Assembly: GCA_963715295.1 (NCBI GenBank)
Contig: CAVQRP010000001.1
Span: forward strand, 398,969-462,968
Direction: 5' to 3'
Length of the DNA stretch: 64,000 bases
From: an uncultured Chloroflexia bacterium
Lineage (GTDB): Bacteria > Chloroflexota > Limnocylindria > Limnocylindrales > CSP1-4
Notes under the pieces: model-generated
Told to the model about the DNA's origin: nothing
The model's database searches: none
What the model saw: the letters and a program-made list of their open reading frames with translations, nothing else
Shown: positions 42,176-51,497 of the stretch, piece after piece
Layout: every line of letters starts with the position of its first letter
Position numbering within the stretch: position 1 is the first letter of the stretch
Program-made: the position numbers and the translations under genes

Positions 42176-42194
42176 CTGCCTGCAGGACCCCAGG

Positions 42195-43569
42195 ATGACC
42201 TCTTCGTTCGAACCCCCGCAGCAGCCGCGGCCCGCCGCTGGGCCCTCGGTCGCCATCACCGCGATGGTGCTGCTGGCCATCTCTGCGGCCGTGGTCTTCT
42301 GGGCCGGTCTGAGCCTCGGCAGCCAGACGACCGGCCGCACCGCTGAGGAGCGCGCCGCGGTAGAGGCCTTCAGCGAGACATACCGCATCATCTCCGACCA
42401 ATACATCGGGACGCCCGCGCCCGAGGAGCTCCTGGAGGGCGCCATCGAGGGCATGTTCGATGTCCTGGGCGACCCCAACTCGGGCTACATGCGCTCCGGC
42501 GAGTTCGATGCCGCTCTCGACGATGCACGTGGCGAGTTCGAGGGTGTGGGTGCAGTCATGGCCACCGAGGACGCGGCGGGCGTGCCGTGCGAGCTCATCG
42601 CAGACGACTGTGGGCTGTATGTCCTCGACGTGCTCACGGGCGCACCGGCGCAGGCTGCCGGCTTGCAGCCCGGCGACATCGTGCGTGGCGTCGATGGCAG
42701 CGCCCCTGCAGGGCAGCACCATCGGCGACTCGGTGCGCATGATCCGCGGTCCTCGGGGTAGCGACGTCACCCTTGATGTGGAGCGGGACGGGGCGAGGCT
42801 GGACGTGGTCATCACGCGCGACAGGGTGGTGAGCGAGGACGTCCATGCCGCTGTCCTGGCCGACGGACGGGTCGGCTACCTCGCCATCGACAGCTTTGGC
42901 GTCAATGCCGCCGATCGCTTCGCCGACGCGCTCGGGGAGCACCTCGACGCCGGGCTCAGGCAGCTCGTCCTGGACGTGCGTGATGACCCAGGGGGGTTCG
43001 TGGATGCGACGGTCGCGATCAGCAGCCAGTTCCTCGCCGACGGTCCGGTCTTCTGGGAAGAGGATGCATCCGGGCGGCAGACACCGGTCGAGGCCATCGA
43101 GGGTGGCCTGGCGGTCGATCCGAAGATCGAGATCGTGGTGCTCATGAACGGTGGCTCTGCCTCGGCCAGCGAGATCCTGGCTGGTGCCCTGCAGGACGCC
43201 GGACGCGCCCAGTTGCTGGGAGAGCGGTCCTTCGGCAAGGGCACCGTGCAGGAGTGGACGCAGCTACCGGGCGAGAACGGCGGCTTCCGGCTCTCGGTCG
43301 CCAACTGGCTCACGCGTGACAAGAACTGGATCGACGGCGAGGGGATCCAGCCCGATGTGCTCGTGGCCGGCAGTGGTGAGCGCTATCGTCCTGGCATCGC
43401 CGGGTCGGACCCCGAGCTGGACGACCAACTGCAGGCTGCCCTCGCGCTGTTGCTGGACGAGCAGCCGTCGAGCCCCCTGCCAGCGCCGGCAGCCTCGTCC
43501 AGCCCGGAGATCAGCGGCAGCCCGTCACCGGGGACCCCAGCCACGACAGTGCCGTCAGCAACGCCGTAG
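42195..43569 (+). CDS. Carboxy-terminal processing (S41, tail-specific) peptidase with a PDZ domain (one frame break near 42700)
   Basis: MTSSFEPP.. plus a signal-anchor TM; PDZ (GAPAQAAGLQPGDIVRGVDG); the S41 core LVLDVRDDPGGFVD and GGSASASEILAGALQDAGRAQLLGERSFGKGTVQ (Ser/Lys dyad context). Confidence 0.85.
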
Positions 43570-43751
43570 GCATCGGCGGCTTGTCTGCCATGTGAAACGG
43601 GATCGTCATGATGCCTCTTGCCGACGGCCGGCACTTCGGGTACCGTTCCCGCGAACGAAAGGAGGTGGTGTGCAATGGATAGTCGTTTAAGTAGCTGCAC
43701 CGCCTCGGAGGTTCGGCGCTAGTCGAGCTGACCGGGTGGTGTGAGCCACGA

Positions 43752-43780
43752 GAACGCCGGCCCGTCCTGGGCCGGCGTTC
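43752..43780 (+). terminator. Strong GC hairpin (12-bp perfect stem, 5-nt loop), a candidate intrinsic terminator
   Basis: gaacgccggccc gtcct gggccggcgttc, followed by acttgtctgtg. It lies 180 nt downstream of the ctp stop and 66 nt upstream of smpB. Confidence 0.55.
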
Positions 43781-43846
43781 ACTTGTCTGTGAGACCCTGT
43801 GGCTTGATCGCGTTCGCGGCCGCAGCACCCAGAGGGAGCCCCGAAG

Positions 43847-44308
43847 ATGGGCAAGACCGTCGCCCAGAACCGCAAAGCCCGCCACCTGTACACCATCGAG
43901 GACACGCTCGAGGCTGGCATCGAGCTGACCGGCACCGAGATCAAGTCGGTGCGGGACAGCAATCTCAACCTGAAGGATGCCTACGCACGCATCGAGCGTG
44001 GCGAGGCATGGCTGGTCGGCGTGCACATCGCCCCCTGGGCTGGCGGCAATCGCAACAACCACGAGCCGCTGCGGACGCGCAAGCTCCTGCTCCACCGTCG
44101 GCAGATCGACGAGCTGCTGGGCCGGACGAAAGCCAAGGGCCTGACCATCGTTCCGCTCAGCGTCTACTTCAACGATCGCGGCAAGGCCAAGGTGCAGCTG
44201 GGCCTTGCACGCGGCAAGAAGCACTATGACCACCGGCGCGACATCGCCACCCGGGACGCCAAGCGCGACATGGACCGCGAGGTCGCCGATGCCATGCGTG
44301 GCCGCTGA
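43847..44308 (+). CDS. smpB: SsrA-binding protein SmpB
   Basis: Intact 153 aa: [29 protein letters not shown]...[15 protein letters not shown]. It is followed directly by tmRNA. Confidence 0.95.
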   Translation: MGKTVAQNRKARHLYTIEDTLEAGIELTGTEIKSVRDSNLNLKDAYARIERGEAWLVGVHIAPWAGGNRNNHEPLRTRKLLLHRRQIDELLGRTKAKGLTIVPLSVYFNDRGKAKVQLGLARGKKHYDHRRDIATRDAKRDMDREVADAMRGR

Positions 44309-44341
44309 CCGACCTGCTCCGACAGGCGAGCGGTGCGAGGC

Positions 44342-44371
44342 TAGACAGAACAGGTGTTCGACGGCTATAAT
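44342..44371 (+). promoter_or_regulatory. Sigma-70-type promoter for ssrA
   Basis: -35 TAGACA (44342..44347), an 18-nt spacer, and a perfect -10 TATAAT (44366..44371). The mature tmRNA 5' end is predicted 11 nt downstream. Confidence 0.55.
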
Positions 44372-44382
44372 CGGGGGTCCAT

Positions 44383-44758
44383 GGGGATGCGTGGTCTCGA
44401 CAGGGCCCAAACCCCGAAGAGTGCGAGCCGAGGTGCCGTCAGGCCTCGTTAAACAGGCGGCAACCTAGAAGTAACTGGCAACAACCGCCAGCCTGCTCTC
44501 GCCCTCGCAGCCTAAGGCTGTAAGGTGAGCGTGGAAGCAGCCTCGTCCTCGCGGGCTGTGGAAGCGTCATTTAGCGAGGATGCGCTTCGGGTCAGCGTCA
44601 CGTAGCTCGGAGTCAAGCCCGCAAGGGGACGTGACTGGATCTTGCGGCACGGTGCCGGTGCTGGTTCGCAGGATCGACGACAAATCATCGGATACGCTCG
44701 TAGTGGTCTTCGGCAGAAGGTTCTGGACGGGGAGTTCGACTCTCCCCCATCTCCACCA
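44383..44758 (+). ncRNA. ssrA: Transfer-messenger RNA (tmRNA)
   Basis: The 5' end GGGGATGCGTGGTCTCGACAGGG pairs with the 3' end CATCTCCACCA. The T-arm is GGGGAGTTCGACTCTCCCC. The internal tag ORF ggc aac aac cgc cag cct gct ctc gcc ctc gca gcc taa encodes (A)GNNRQPALALAA. Confidence 0.9.
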
Positions 44759-44772
44759 ACTCGCAGTATCAG

Positions 44773-44803
44773 CAACGACCCCGTCGGTTCGACGGGGTCG
44801 TTG
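44773..44803. terminator. Bidirectional hairpin between the convergent ssrA and jag
   Basis: caacgaccccgtc ggttc gacggggtcgttg (13-bp perfect stem). No clear U-tract on either strand. Confidence 0.55.
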
Positions 44804-44839
44804 CCTGTGCGGAGGGCGCGGCCGCGCGCCCCGCCCTGA

Positions 44840-45820
44840 CTAGCTCTTGAGGACGACCACGCGACGCGTGGGCTCTTCGCCGATCGATTGCGTGGTGATG
44901 CCCTCGACATCCCGCAACGCCAGGTGGACCCAGCGCCGCTCAAGCGCAGACATCGGTTCCAGCTGCAGCATCTGGCCGGTCTCGTTGACACGTTCGGCGG
45001 CGCGGGTGGCCACCTCGATGAGCTGGCGTTCGCGTCGGCCGCGGTAGTCCTCGACATCGACGAGCACGCGCGTCCAGGTGCCCATCTTGCGCGAGAGCAT
45101 GAGGTTGACGAGATGTTGGAGCGCCGAGAGGCGTTCGCCCTTGCGCCCGATGAGCGCGCCCAGCGCTTCCTTCTCCTCTTCGTTGGCGCCGTAGACGGTG
45201 ATCTTGGCCGTGGCGCCGGTGGTGACTTCCACGTTGGCGTCGTAGCCCATCATCTCGACGAGCTGCTCCAGGATCTCCTTGCCGGCGTCGAGCGCCTCCG
45301 GTGAGGCCTCTGCGTCCTGCGAGGGCTCGGGCTTGGCGGTGGAGCCAGCTGCCACCGCCGCCTCGACCTCGGTCACGGCCGCATCGCTGACCTGGGATGC
45401 CTCCTGGGAGCGGCTGCCTCCGCGGCTGCGGCGACGCTCGCCATCTCCTTCGCCACCGCGTTCGGTGCTCCTGCGGCGAGGCCTCGCCTCACGCGGCTTG
45501 TCGTCGGCCACGGCCGGAGCGGGCGGCGTGTCCGGCGTGGCCGGGGTGGGCTCCGTCTCGGGTCGCGGCTCCGCCTGCGGTCGCGGCGCCGGTGGTGGCG
45601 CGACCTGGGCGGCCTCCTTCCTGGGTGCCGACCCGCCGAGTGCTGACCGCGGTGCAGCGATGATGCGAGCCGGCTCAGCGCCCATGCCCAGCACCCCGCG
45701 GCTGCCCTGCGTCAGGATCTCGAAGTCAAGGTCTTGCAGACCTCCGACACCGAACTCTTCGCGCGCGTTCTTCAGGGCCTCCTCGACGGACTTGCCCGTG
45801 AACTCCTGGTATTCGCTCAT
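44840..45820 (-). CDS. jag: Jag/KhpB RNA-binding protein (Jag_N, KH and R3H domains) with a long disordered Pro/Arg-rich linker
   Basis: Intact 326 aa. N-terminus MSEYQEFTGKSVEEALKNAREEFG; KH-like GALIGRKGERLSALQHLVN; R3H-like MSALERRWVHLAL. It is downstream of yidC with a 4-nt overlap. Confidence 0.85.
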   Translation of the reverse strand: MSEYQEFTGKSVEEALKNAREEFGVGGLQDLDFEILTQGSRGVLGMGAEPARIIAAPRSALGGSAPRKEAAQVAPPPAPRPQAEPRPETEPTPATPDTPPAPAVADDKPREARPRRRSTERGGEGDGERRRSRGGSRSQEASQVSDAAVTEVEAAVAAGSTAKPEPSQDAEASPEALDAGKEILEQLVEMMGYDANVEVTTGATAKITVYGANEEEKEALGALIGRKGERLSALQHLVNLMLSRKMGTWTRVLVDVEDYRGRRERQLIEVATRAAERVNETGQMLQLEPMSALERRWVHLALRDVEGITTQSIGEEPTRRVVVLKS

Positions 45821-47261
45821 CGACGTCTCCCTCGCCGGCGGCTACGTCGCCTGGCCGGTCTGATGGTGCCCGCGGCGCTCTCCTTGGTGGAGCGCTTGGT
45901 GGTCTCGGTGGTGCCGTCCGCGTTGACGGCGACGGGTTTCGGCTGCGGCATGCTCACCGGGAACCGCGGGGTGTGGTCCCTGGCGAAGCCGGGCGTCCAG
46001 CCGAACAGTGGGAAGAGCCCGCCGTACCCGTTGATCAGGAATTGCTGGACGATGCTGAAGACGGTGGTGGTGATCCAGTAGATGAAGAGGCCGGCCGGCA
46101 GGATGGCGCCGTAGATCAGCGAGAAGGCCGGCAGCAGCAGGAACATCTTCTGCTGCGTGGCCTGCGACGGATCCGAGCTGCGCGTCATCATCATGCGGGT
46201 CTGGACGAGCTGCAGGAGAGCGGACGTGGCGGCCAGCAGCGACAGGCCGAGGCCCAGGCCACCCAGGACCATCAGGAAGATCTCCGGCTGGTTCGAGGGC
46301 AGTCCGCCGGGATAGCCGGGCAACTGGAAGCCATCGTCGATCTTGGGGATCCAGGCCAGCCAGGGGATGTCGGGGTTGATACAGGGCGAGTAGGGGTCGC
46401 CCGGGTGCTGACAGTCGAGCTTTACCAGCTGGATGTCGAAGGGGTGCAGCATCGAGCTGATGTCCGGCGCCTTGAGGCCCTGCGTGAAGACCTGGTACAT
46501 CGGCAGGAGCAGGACCATCTGGAGCACGGCCGGCAGGCAGCCGGACGCCGGGTTGACGCCGCGGTCCTTGTAGAGCTGCATCTGCTGCTCGGAGATCTTG
46601 GCGCGATCACCCTTGTACTTGGTCTGGATCGCCTTCAGCTCCGGTTGCAGCATCTGCATGCGCCGTTGCGACACGATCTGCATCCGGAAGATCGGGATCA
46701 TGCAGCGTGCGGATGATGATCGTCAGCAGGATGATGGCGATGCCGATGTCGCCGGTGATGCTGTAGAGGAAGGCCAGGCCGATGAAGATGGTCTGGAAGA
46801 TGGGGGTGAACAGCCAGGCCAGCAGGTCCAGCGGATTGGCGCCGGGCTGCGCAGGGCACAGGTTCGGATTGGGGGCGGCGGTGGCGTCGGGGTCCTGCGT
46901 GGCGTTGGGGTCCGGCGTGGGCTTCGGGCGCACACGGGTCCTCCGCGGTGGAGGCGCCGGGCATGAGCGTGGGCGCGGGCGACACCACTGGGCCGGGTGA
47001 TCGCTCCGGCCTGCCGGAAGCGTCGGGCGCGGCGCTCGTCGTAGGTGCCGGGCTCGCCAGCGGCGTCGCCGGGGCCGTGGCGCTGGGTGCGGGCGCCTCG
47101 GTCTGGCCACTGATCGGCGGCGCAGGTGAAGGACCCTGGTCCTGAGAGAAGGCCGGCCCGGCGATCAGGCTGAGGGCGATGACCGCGATGGCGATGGCCG
47201 CCATGAGATCCAGCGGGGCCAGGCGGAAGGGTGCCGCGAGAGCAGAGCGGATGCGCATCAC
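45817..47261 (-). CDS. yidC: Membrane protein insertase YidC (two frame breaks, near 46925 and 46705)
   Basis: N-terminal TM plus a Pro/Ala-rich region (46698..47261); LLAWLFTPIFQTIFIGLAFLY...GIAIILLTIIIR (46607..47110); PIFRMQIVSQRRMQMLQPELKAIQTKYKGD...GCLPAVLQMVLLLPMY...GLFIYWITTTVFSIVQQ (45817..46701); basic C-tail. Confidence 0.85.
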
Positions 47262-47497
47262 TTCACCGGGTCGTAGCCGCCGGGCCGCCAGGGACCGCAG
47301 CTGGCGATGCGCCTGGCACCCATCCAGCTCCCCTTGGCGAGCCCGTACTTCTGGATCGCCTGCTCGGTATAGATCGAGCAGGATGGCTCATATCGACACG
47401 AACCAGCGAAGAGCGGGGAGATCGTCTTGCGGTAGACGTGGATGAGGCCGATGCCGAGACGTTTGCCGAGGTCGCCGACCGCGCTCACGAGGACCAT
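47258..47497 (-). CDS. yidD: Membrane protein insertion efficiency factor YidD
   Basis: LIHVYRKTISPLFAGSCRYEPSCSIYTEQAIQKYGLAKGSWMGARRIASCGPW.PGGYDPV. The internal ATG at 47497 of track ORF 47258..47731 is the start. Confidence 0.8.
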   Translation of the reverse strand: MVLVSAVGDLGKRLGIGLIHVYRKTISPLFAGSCRYEPSCSIYTEQAIQKYGLAKGSWMGARRIASCGPWRPGGYDPVK

Positions 47498-47826
47498 CTT
47501 CACCGAGCCGCGGATAGCGCCCGAGCAGGCGCTCCAGCGCCACGCGGAGCTCGTCGAACGAGGCGTCCGTCGCCGGTGGACGGGCGACGATGAGGATGTC
47601 CCAGCCGTGGCCGGTCTCGTTGGGAGCGTGACGAAGGACCTCGCGCAGGCGTCGGCGCACACGGTTACGCCGGACGGCGCCTCCGAGGCGTCGACCGGTC
47701 GAGATGCCGAAGCGGTCGTGGTCGCGGTCATTGGCGGACGAAGCGGACGACCATGAGACGGTCCGAGCGGGAACGTCCTTGGCTGCTGATGCGAGCGAAG
47801 TCATCCCGCGATCGGAGTGTCGGCAC
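47388..47826 (-). CDS. rnpA: RNase P protein component (one frame break near 47735; true stop may be the TGA at 47500..47502)
   Basis: GTG at 47826: VPTLRSRDDFARISSQGRSRSDRLMVVRFV, then RFGISTGRRLGGAVRRNRVRRRLREVLR (the RNR motif) and GWDILIVARP. As written, the frame overlaps yidD by 110 nt. Confidence 0.7.
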
Positions 47827-47851
47827 GGCCCCTCTTCGGGTCTGCCGAACG

Positions 47852-47989
47852 TCAGACGGTGAGCTTCTTGCGGCCACGGGCTCGCCGGGCGGCGAGCACC
47901 CTGCGGCCACCCTGGGTCTTCATGCGCTTGCGGAAGCCGTGCTCCCTGGCGCGATGGCGCTTCTTGGGCTGATAGGTCTGCTTGGTCAC
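47852..47989 (-). CDS. rpmH: 50S ribosomal protein L34
   Basis: GTG start after GAAGGAG: (M)[44 protein letters not shown]. Confidence 0.9.
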   Translation of the reverse strand: MTKQTYQPKKRHRAREHGFRKRMKTQGGRRVLAARRARGRKKLTV

Positions 47990-48171
47990 TGGGAACTGGG
48001 CTCCTTCAGGCAGGCGGTCGGGTTCTGCTTCAGGCTGACCGGCTTGCCGGTGCGGATGTGGTCGATGCAGGTGCGAACGCGGTAGGCCCCTTGTGGTCGT
48101 CCCGGGCACACGCTCGCATCCAGTCGGGCGGATTATACGCGACAGTCCGTCCCATCCCGGAGGAGACCACA

Positions 48172-48557
48172 TGGCCACCGAACCGCAGCCGCGATCGAGC
48201 CGGCGTTCCTGGAGCCGGGCAGTGCCACCATCGATGACTTCGAGCGGCTCGACCTGCGTATCGGGCGCATCCTGTAGGCGCAGTCCGCTGGAAGGCGCTC
48301 GCCAGCCCGCCTATCGACTGCGGATCGACTTCGGCGGCAGCCGGCCAACGACAGTCGTCGGCCCAGCTCACGCGCACCTACCCGGACCCGGCCAGCCTGG
48401 TGGGGCGGATGGTCGTGGCGGTGGTCAACTTCGCCGCCGCGCCGGGTGGCCGGCTTCCGCAGCGAGGTGCTGGTGCTGGGCGCGCTGGCGCCTGCCGGCC
48501 AGCATCCCGCTGCTGGGCGTGGACGAGGGTGCGGAGCCGGGGCAGCGCGTAGGCTAG
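48172..48557 (+). pseudogene. CsaA-like tRNA-binding-domain protein, degraded (at least 4 frame changes plus an in-frame TAG)
   Basis: Stitched sequence: [37 protein letters not shown]...SSAQLTRTYPDPASLVGRMVVAVVNF...VAGFRSEVLVLGA...IPLLGVDEGAEPGQRVG. The TAG at 48275..48277 sits where a Glu codon is expected. Confidence 0.6.
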
Positions 48558-48948
48558 CGCCGGGCGCTCCGTGGGTCGGTCGCAGTGGCACCCTCGCGGC
48601 CAACGGGGGTGGTGCGTCCTGCCACCACCGGCTGGGAGAGGGCGCAGCCGGGGATGCCACCGGTGGCCACGCTCAGGACCTGTTCGTCGCCACAGGGCGC
48701 AGTATCGCCCATACTCCCAGGGAGTATGTCGAATGGACATTGCACAGTCCCGAAACGCGGTGCTAACGTAGGCCGCCCCGGCACCCTCGCATGGGATCCG
48801 GGAGCCCAGGCTGGAGCCGCCGTCGCGCCGACCCGAGGGGGGTCGACCCGGTTCCCTCCAGGGGATGTCGATCGCGCCTCGCCCGGGTGTCGGGACGTCA
48901 CCGGAGGGGCGCGCAAGCCGTGTCGAAGTACGGGTCACGTTGCCATCG

Positions 48949-50338
48949 ATGGACGCGAAACAGGTCTGGAGAGCCGCCCTCGGTGAGCTTCAGGTATCGC
49001 TGTCCCCGGCCAACTACGAGACCTGGCTGCAAGGACACCGCCCTCGTCGACGTCGACGGTGATCGTTTCGCGTCGCAGCACCCAACGGCTTCGCCAAGGA
49101 CTGGCTGGAGAACCGGTACCGCTCGCTCATCGCCCAGACGCTGGCCCGCGTGGTCGGCTACAGCGTCAACGTCGAGTTCCTCGTGCGTGACGTCGATCCC
49201 GACGAGACGGATGAGGTCGGCGCTGCGGAGCGCCGCGGTGGAACGGGTTCGGCCCTCCAGCCGTGCGGTTCGCGTAGAGCCCGGGCGTGTCGGCGGAAAC
49301 GAGGGTGGTGGCGTCAACCTCAACTCGCGCTACACCTTCCGCACGTTCATCGTCGGCTCGGCCAACCGTCTCGCCCACGCCGCCAGCCTGTCGGTGGCCG
49401 AGCGACCGGGCGAGGCCTACAACCCGCTGTTCCTCTACGGCGGGGTGGGCCTGGGCAAGACCCACCTCATGCACGCGGTCGGCAACGCGGTGGTGCAGCG
49501 CTTCCCCCGCAAGCGCGTCGTCTATGCCACCAGCGAGAAGTTCACCAACGACTTCATCACCTCGATCCAGCAGGGTCGCATCGACGACTTCCGGGCCCGC
49601 TACCGCAAGATCGACCTGCTGCTGATCGATGACATCCAGTTCATCGCCGACAAGGAGCGCACGCAGGAGGAGTTCTTCCACACCTTCAACGCCATCCACG
49701 AGGACGGCAAGCAGATCGTGCTGTCGAGCGACCGCCCGCCCAAGCAGATCGTGACGCTCGAGGAGCGACTGCGCAGTCGTTTCGAGTGGGGGCTCATCGC
49801 CGACCTGACCGCGCCGGACCTGGAGACTCGCATCGCCATCCTCCGCACCAAGTCGGAGGAGCAGGGCGTCCGGGTGGACTCGGATGCGCTCGAGTTCATC
49901 GCGCGCAAGGTCGCCTCCAACATCCGGGAGCTGGAAGGTGCGCTCAATCGCATCGTCGCGTACGCCTCGATGCAGGGCATGCCCATCAGCGTAGACCTGG
50001 CCCAGGCGGTCTTGTCGAACGTGCTGTACAGCCCGCGCAAGCGTGCTGTCACCCCCGAGCGCATCGCCGTGGCCGTATCCCACTACTACGACGTGGAGCT
50101 GGAGGCGCTGCGCGGCCAGAAGCGCGACCGCGCCATCGTCGTGCCGCGTCAGATCGCGATGTACCTGATGCGCGAGGAGACCGATGTCTCGCTGCTGCGC
50201 ATCGGCGCCGAGCTCGGCGGTCGTGACCACTCGACCGTGCTGCACGCCTGCAAGAAGATCGACCAGGAGGCCTCGCGCAACGAGGAGCTGCGACGCGAGC
50301 TGGCCGCCGTGCGGGAGTCGATCTACTCCGACAACTAG
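48949..50338 (+). CDS. dnaA: Chromosomal replication initiator DnaA (frame broken at least 3 times in the first 350 nt)
   Basis: ATG at 48949: MDAKQVWRAALGELQVSLSPANYETWL / TALVDVDGDRF / APNGFAKDWLENRYRSLIAQTLARVVGYSVNVEF, then ORF 48791..50338 with NSRYTFRTFIVGSANRLAHAAS, LFLYGGVGLGKTHLMHAVGN (Walker A), LLIDDIQF, the box VII/VIII region, and the C-terminal HTH (IAMYLMREET..SLLRIGAELGGRDHSTVLHACKKI). Confidence 0.9.
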
Positions 50339-51132
50339 TTCCGGCTCGCGGTCCCATGGGGCACCTGCCTAGGCCGTTCGTCGGCAGTCGCATCCGCGAT
50401 CAACCGCGCCTGTTCGCTGATGCCGGCTGCATGGGCGGCGTCACCCTGGCTTCCCGGACGGCGCTCGCTCAACTCAGCCAGCACGCCGCGGCGGCTGTAG
50501 AGGATGAGGATGTCGCCGGGCCGGATCACGCTGTCCGCGCTGGGGACGCCGAGGTATGTACCGTCGGGACGCTCCACGCCGAGGAGGATGACGCCCTCCT
50601 CCCGCAGCGCCAGCTGGCGCAGGCTTCGGTCGGCCAGCCAGTCGCCCGCCTGGACCGACAGCTCGGTCACGACGAAGCTGCCGCCGAGGTGCAGCAGCGC
50701 AGCAAAGTCGTGGGCGTCCAGGCTGCTCCAGCGGCGCAACGCCGCCATCGTCACCGAGGTGATGCGCCGATCGAGCCAATCGCTCTGGAACGCGGCCCAC
50801 AGGAATGCCAGCCCCGCGACGAGGGTGACGGGGCGGATGATGATGCTGAGTTCATTCCCCGGTTCGACGACGGTGAGAATGACCGTTGTCGCCACCGCCA
50901 CGATGCCGGCGTTGCCGGCCAGCATCAGCCACATGATGATGCGGCGGCGCAGCGGATGGTTCACCACGCTCTCTGCCTCGGAGGTGGTGAAGCCGGTCCC
51001 GCTGAAGGCGGAGCGCGACTGGAATTGCGCCGACTGCCGCGAGAGGCCGGTCGCCGCCAGGGCGATGGTGGCAGCACGTGTGACCAGTAGCGACAACGTG
51101 ACCACCAGGAGCAGCGTCAGGACAGCGTACAT
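50335..51132 (-). CDS. Membrane protein with a C-terminal TrkA-C (RCK_C) domain
   Basis: The internal ATG at 51132 of track ORF 50335..51480 is the start. MYAVLTLLLVVTLSLLVTRAAT..., FQSRSAFSGTGFTTSEAESVVNHPLRRRIIMWLMLAGN, then FVVTELSVQAGDWLADRSLRQLALREEGVILLGVERPDGTYLGVPSADSVIRPGDILILY. It is convergent with dnaA, and the two stop codons overlap (CTAG). Confidence 0.65.
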   Translation of the reverse strand: MYAVLTLLLVVTLSLLVTRAATIALAATGLSRQSAQFQSRSAFSGTGFTTSEAESVVNHPLRRRIIMWLMLAGNAGIVAVATTVILTVVEPGNELSIIIRPVTLVAGLAFLWAAFQSDWLDRRITSVTMAALRRWSSLDAHDFAALLHLGGSFVVTELSVQAGDWLADRSLRQLALREEGVILLGVERPDGTYLGVPSADSVIRPGDILILYSRRGVLAELSERRPGSQGDAAHAAGISEQARLIADATADERPRQVPHGTASRN

Positions 51133-51270
51133 GTGCCCTCCGTTCGGTCGACAACGACGCCATGGTGCCAGTCCGCGTGGCGGGTTGCTGACCCTCACGC
51201 CACGCGTGGAGCAGGCGTGGAGAACGAGCCCGGCCCAGCGTGGCCGGTGCGAGGGACGGTGGAGAGAGGT

Positions 51271-51497
51271 TGTGGCCGAAGAGGGGTGGTCTGTGGGTGA
51301 GCGGACGGGTCGTCCACACTGGGCGTGGCGCCGTGCACTGGTTACACACAGGCGGTCCGCAGCCCCGATAGGCTGGGTCCAAGCGGGGGTGCAGCGTGGC
51401 GTCGGATGGTCATCATCACAATCCACAGCATGAAGATGATGATGAGATGAGAAGATTAGAAAGAACCATGTACATCTCATAGGGAGCTCGTCCGCTC
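51271..51497. other. Candidate oriC segment: degenerate DnaA boxes plus a sharply AT-rich unwinding element immediately upstream of dnaN
   Basis: tcgtccaca (51310..51318, 8/9 to TTGTCCACA), ttacacaca (51342..51350), caatccaca (51419..51427), tgtgggtga (51292..51300). The stretch 51428..51480, gcatgaagatgatgatgagatgagaagattagaaagaaccatgtacatctcat, is far below the local GC content. Confidence 0.45.
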
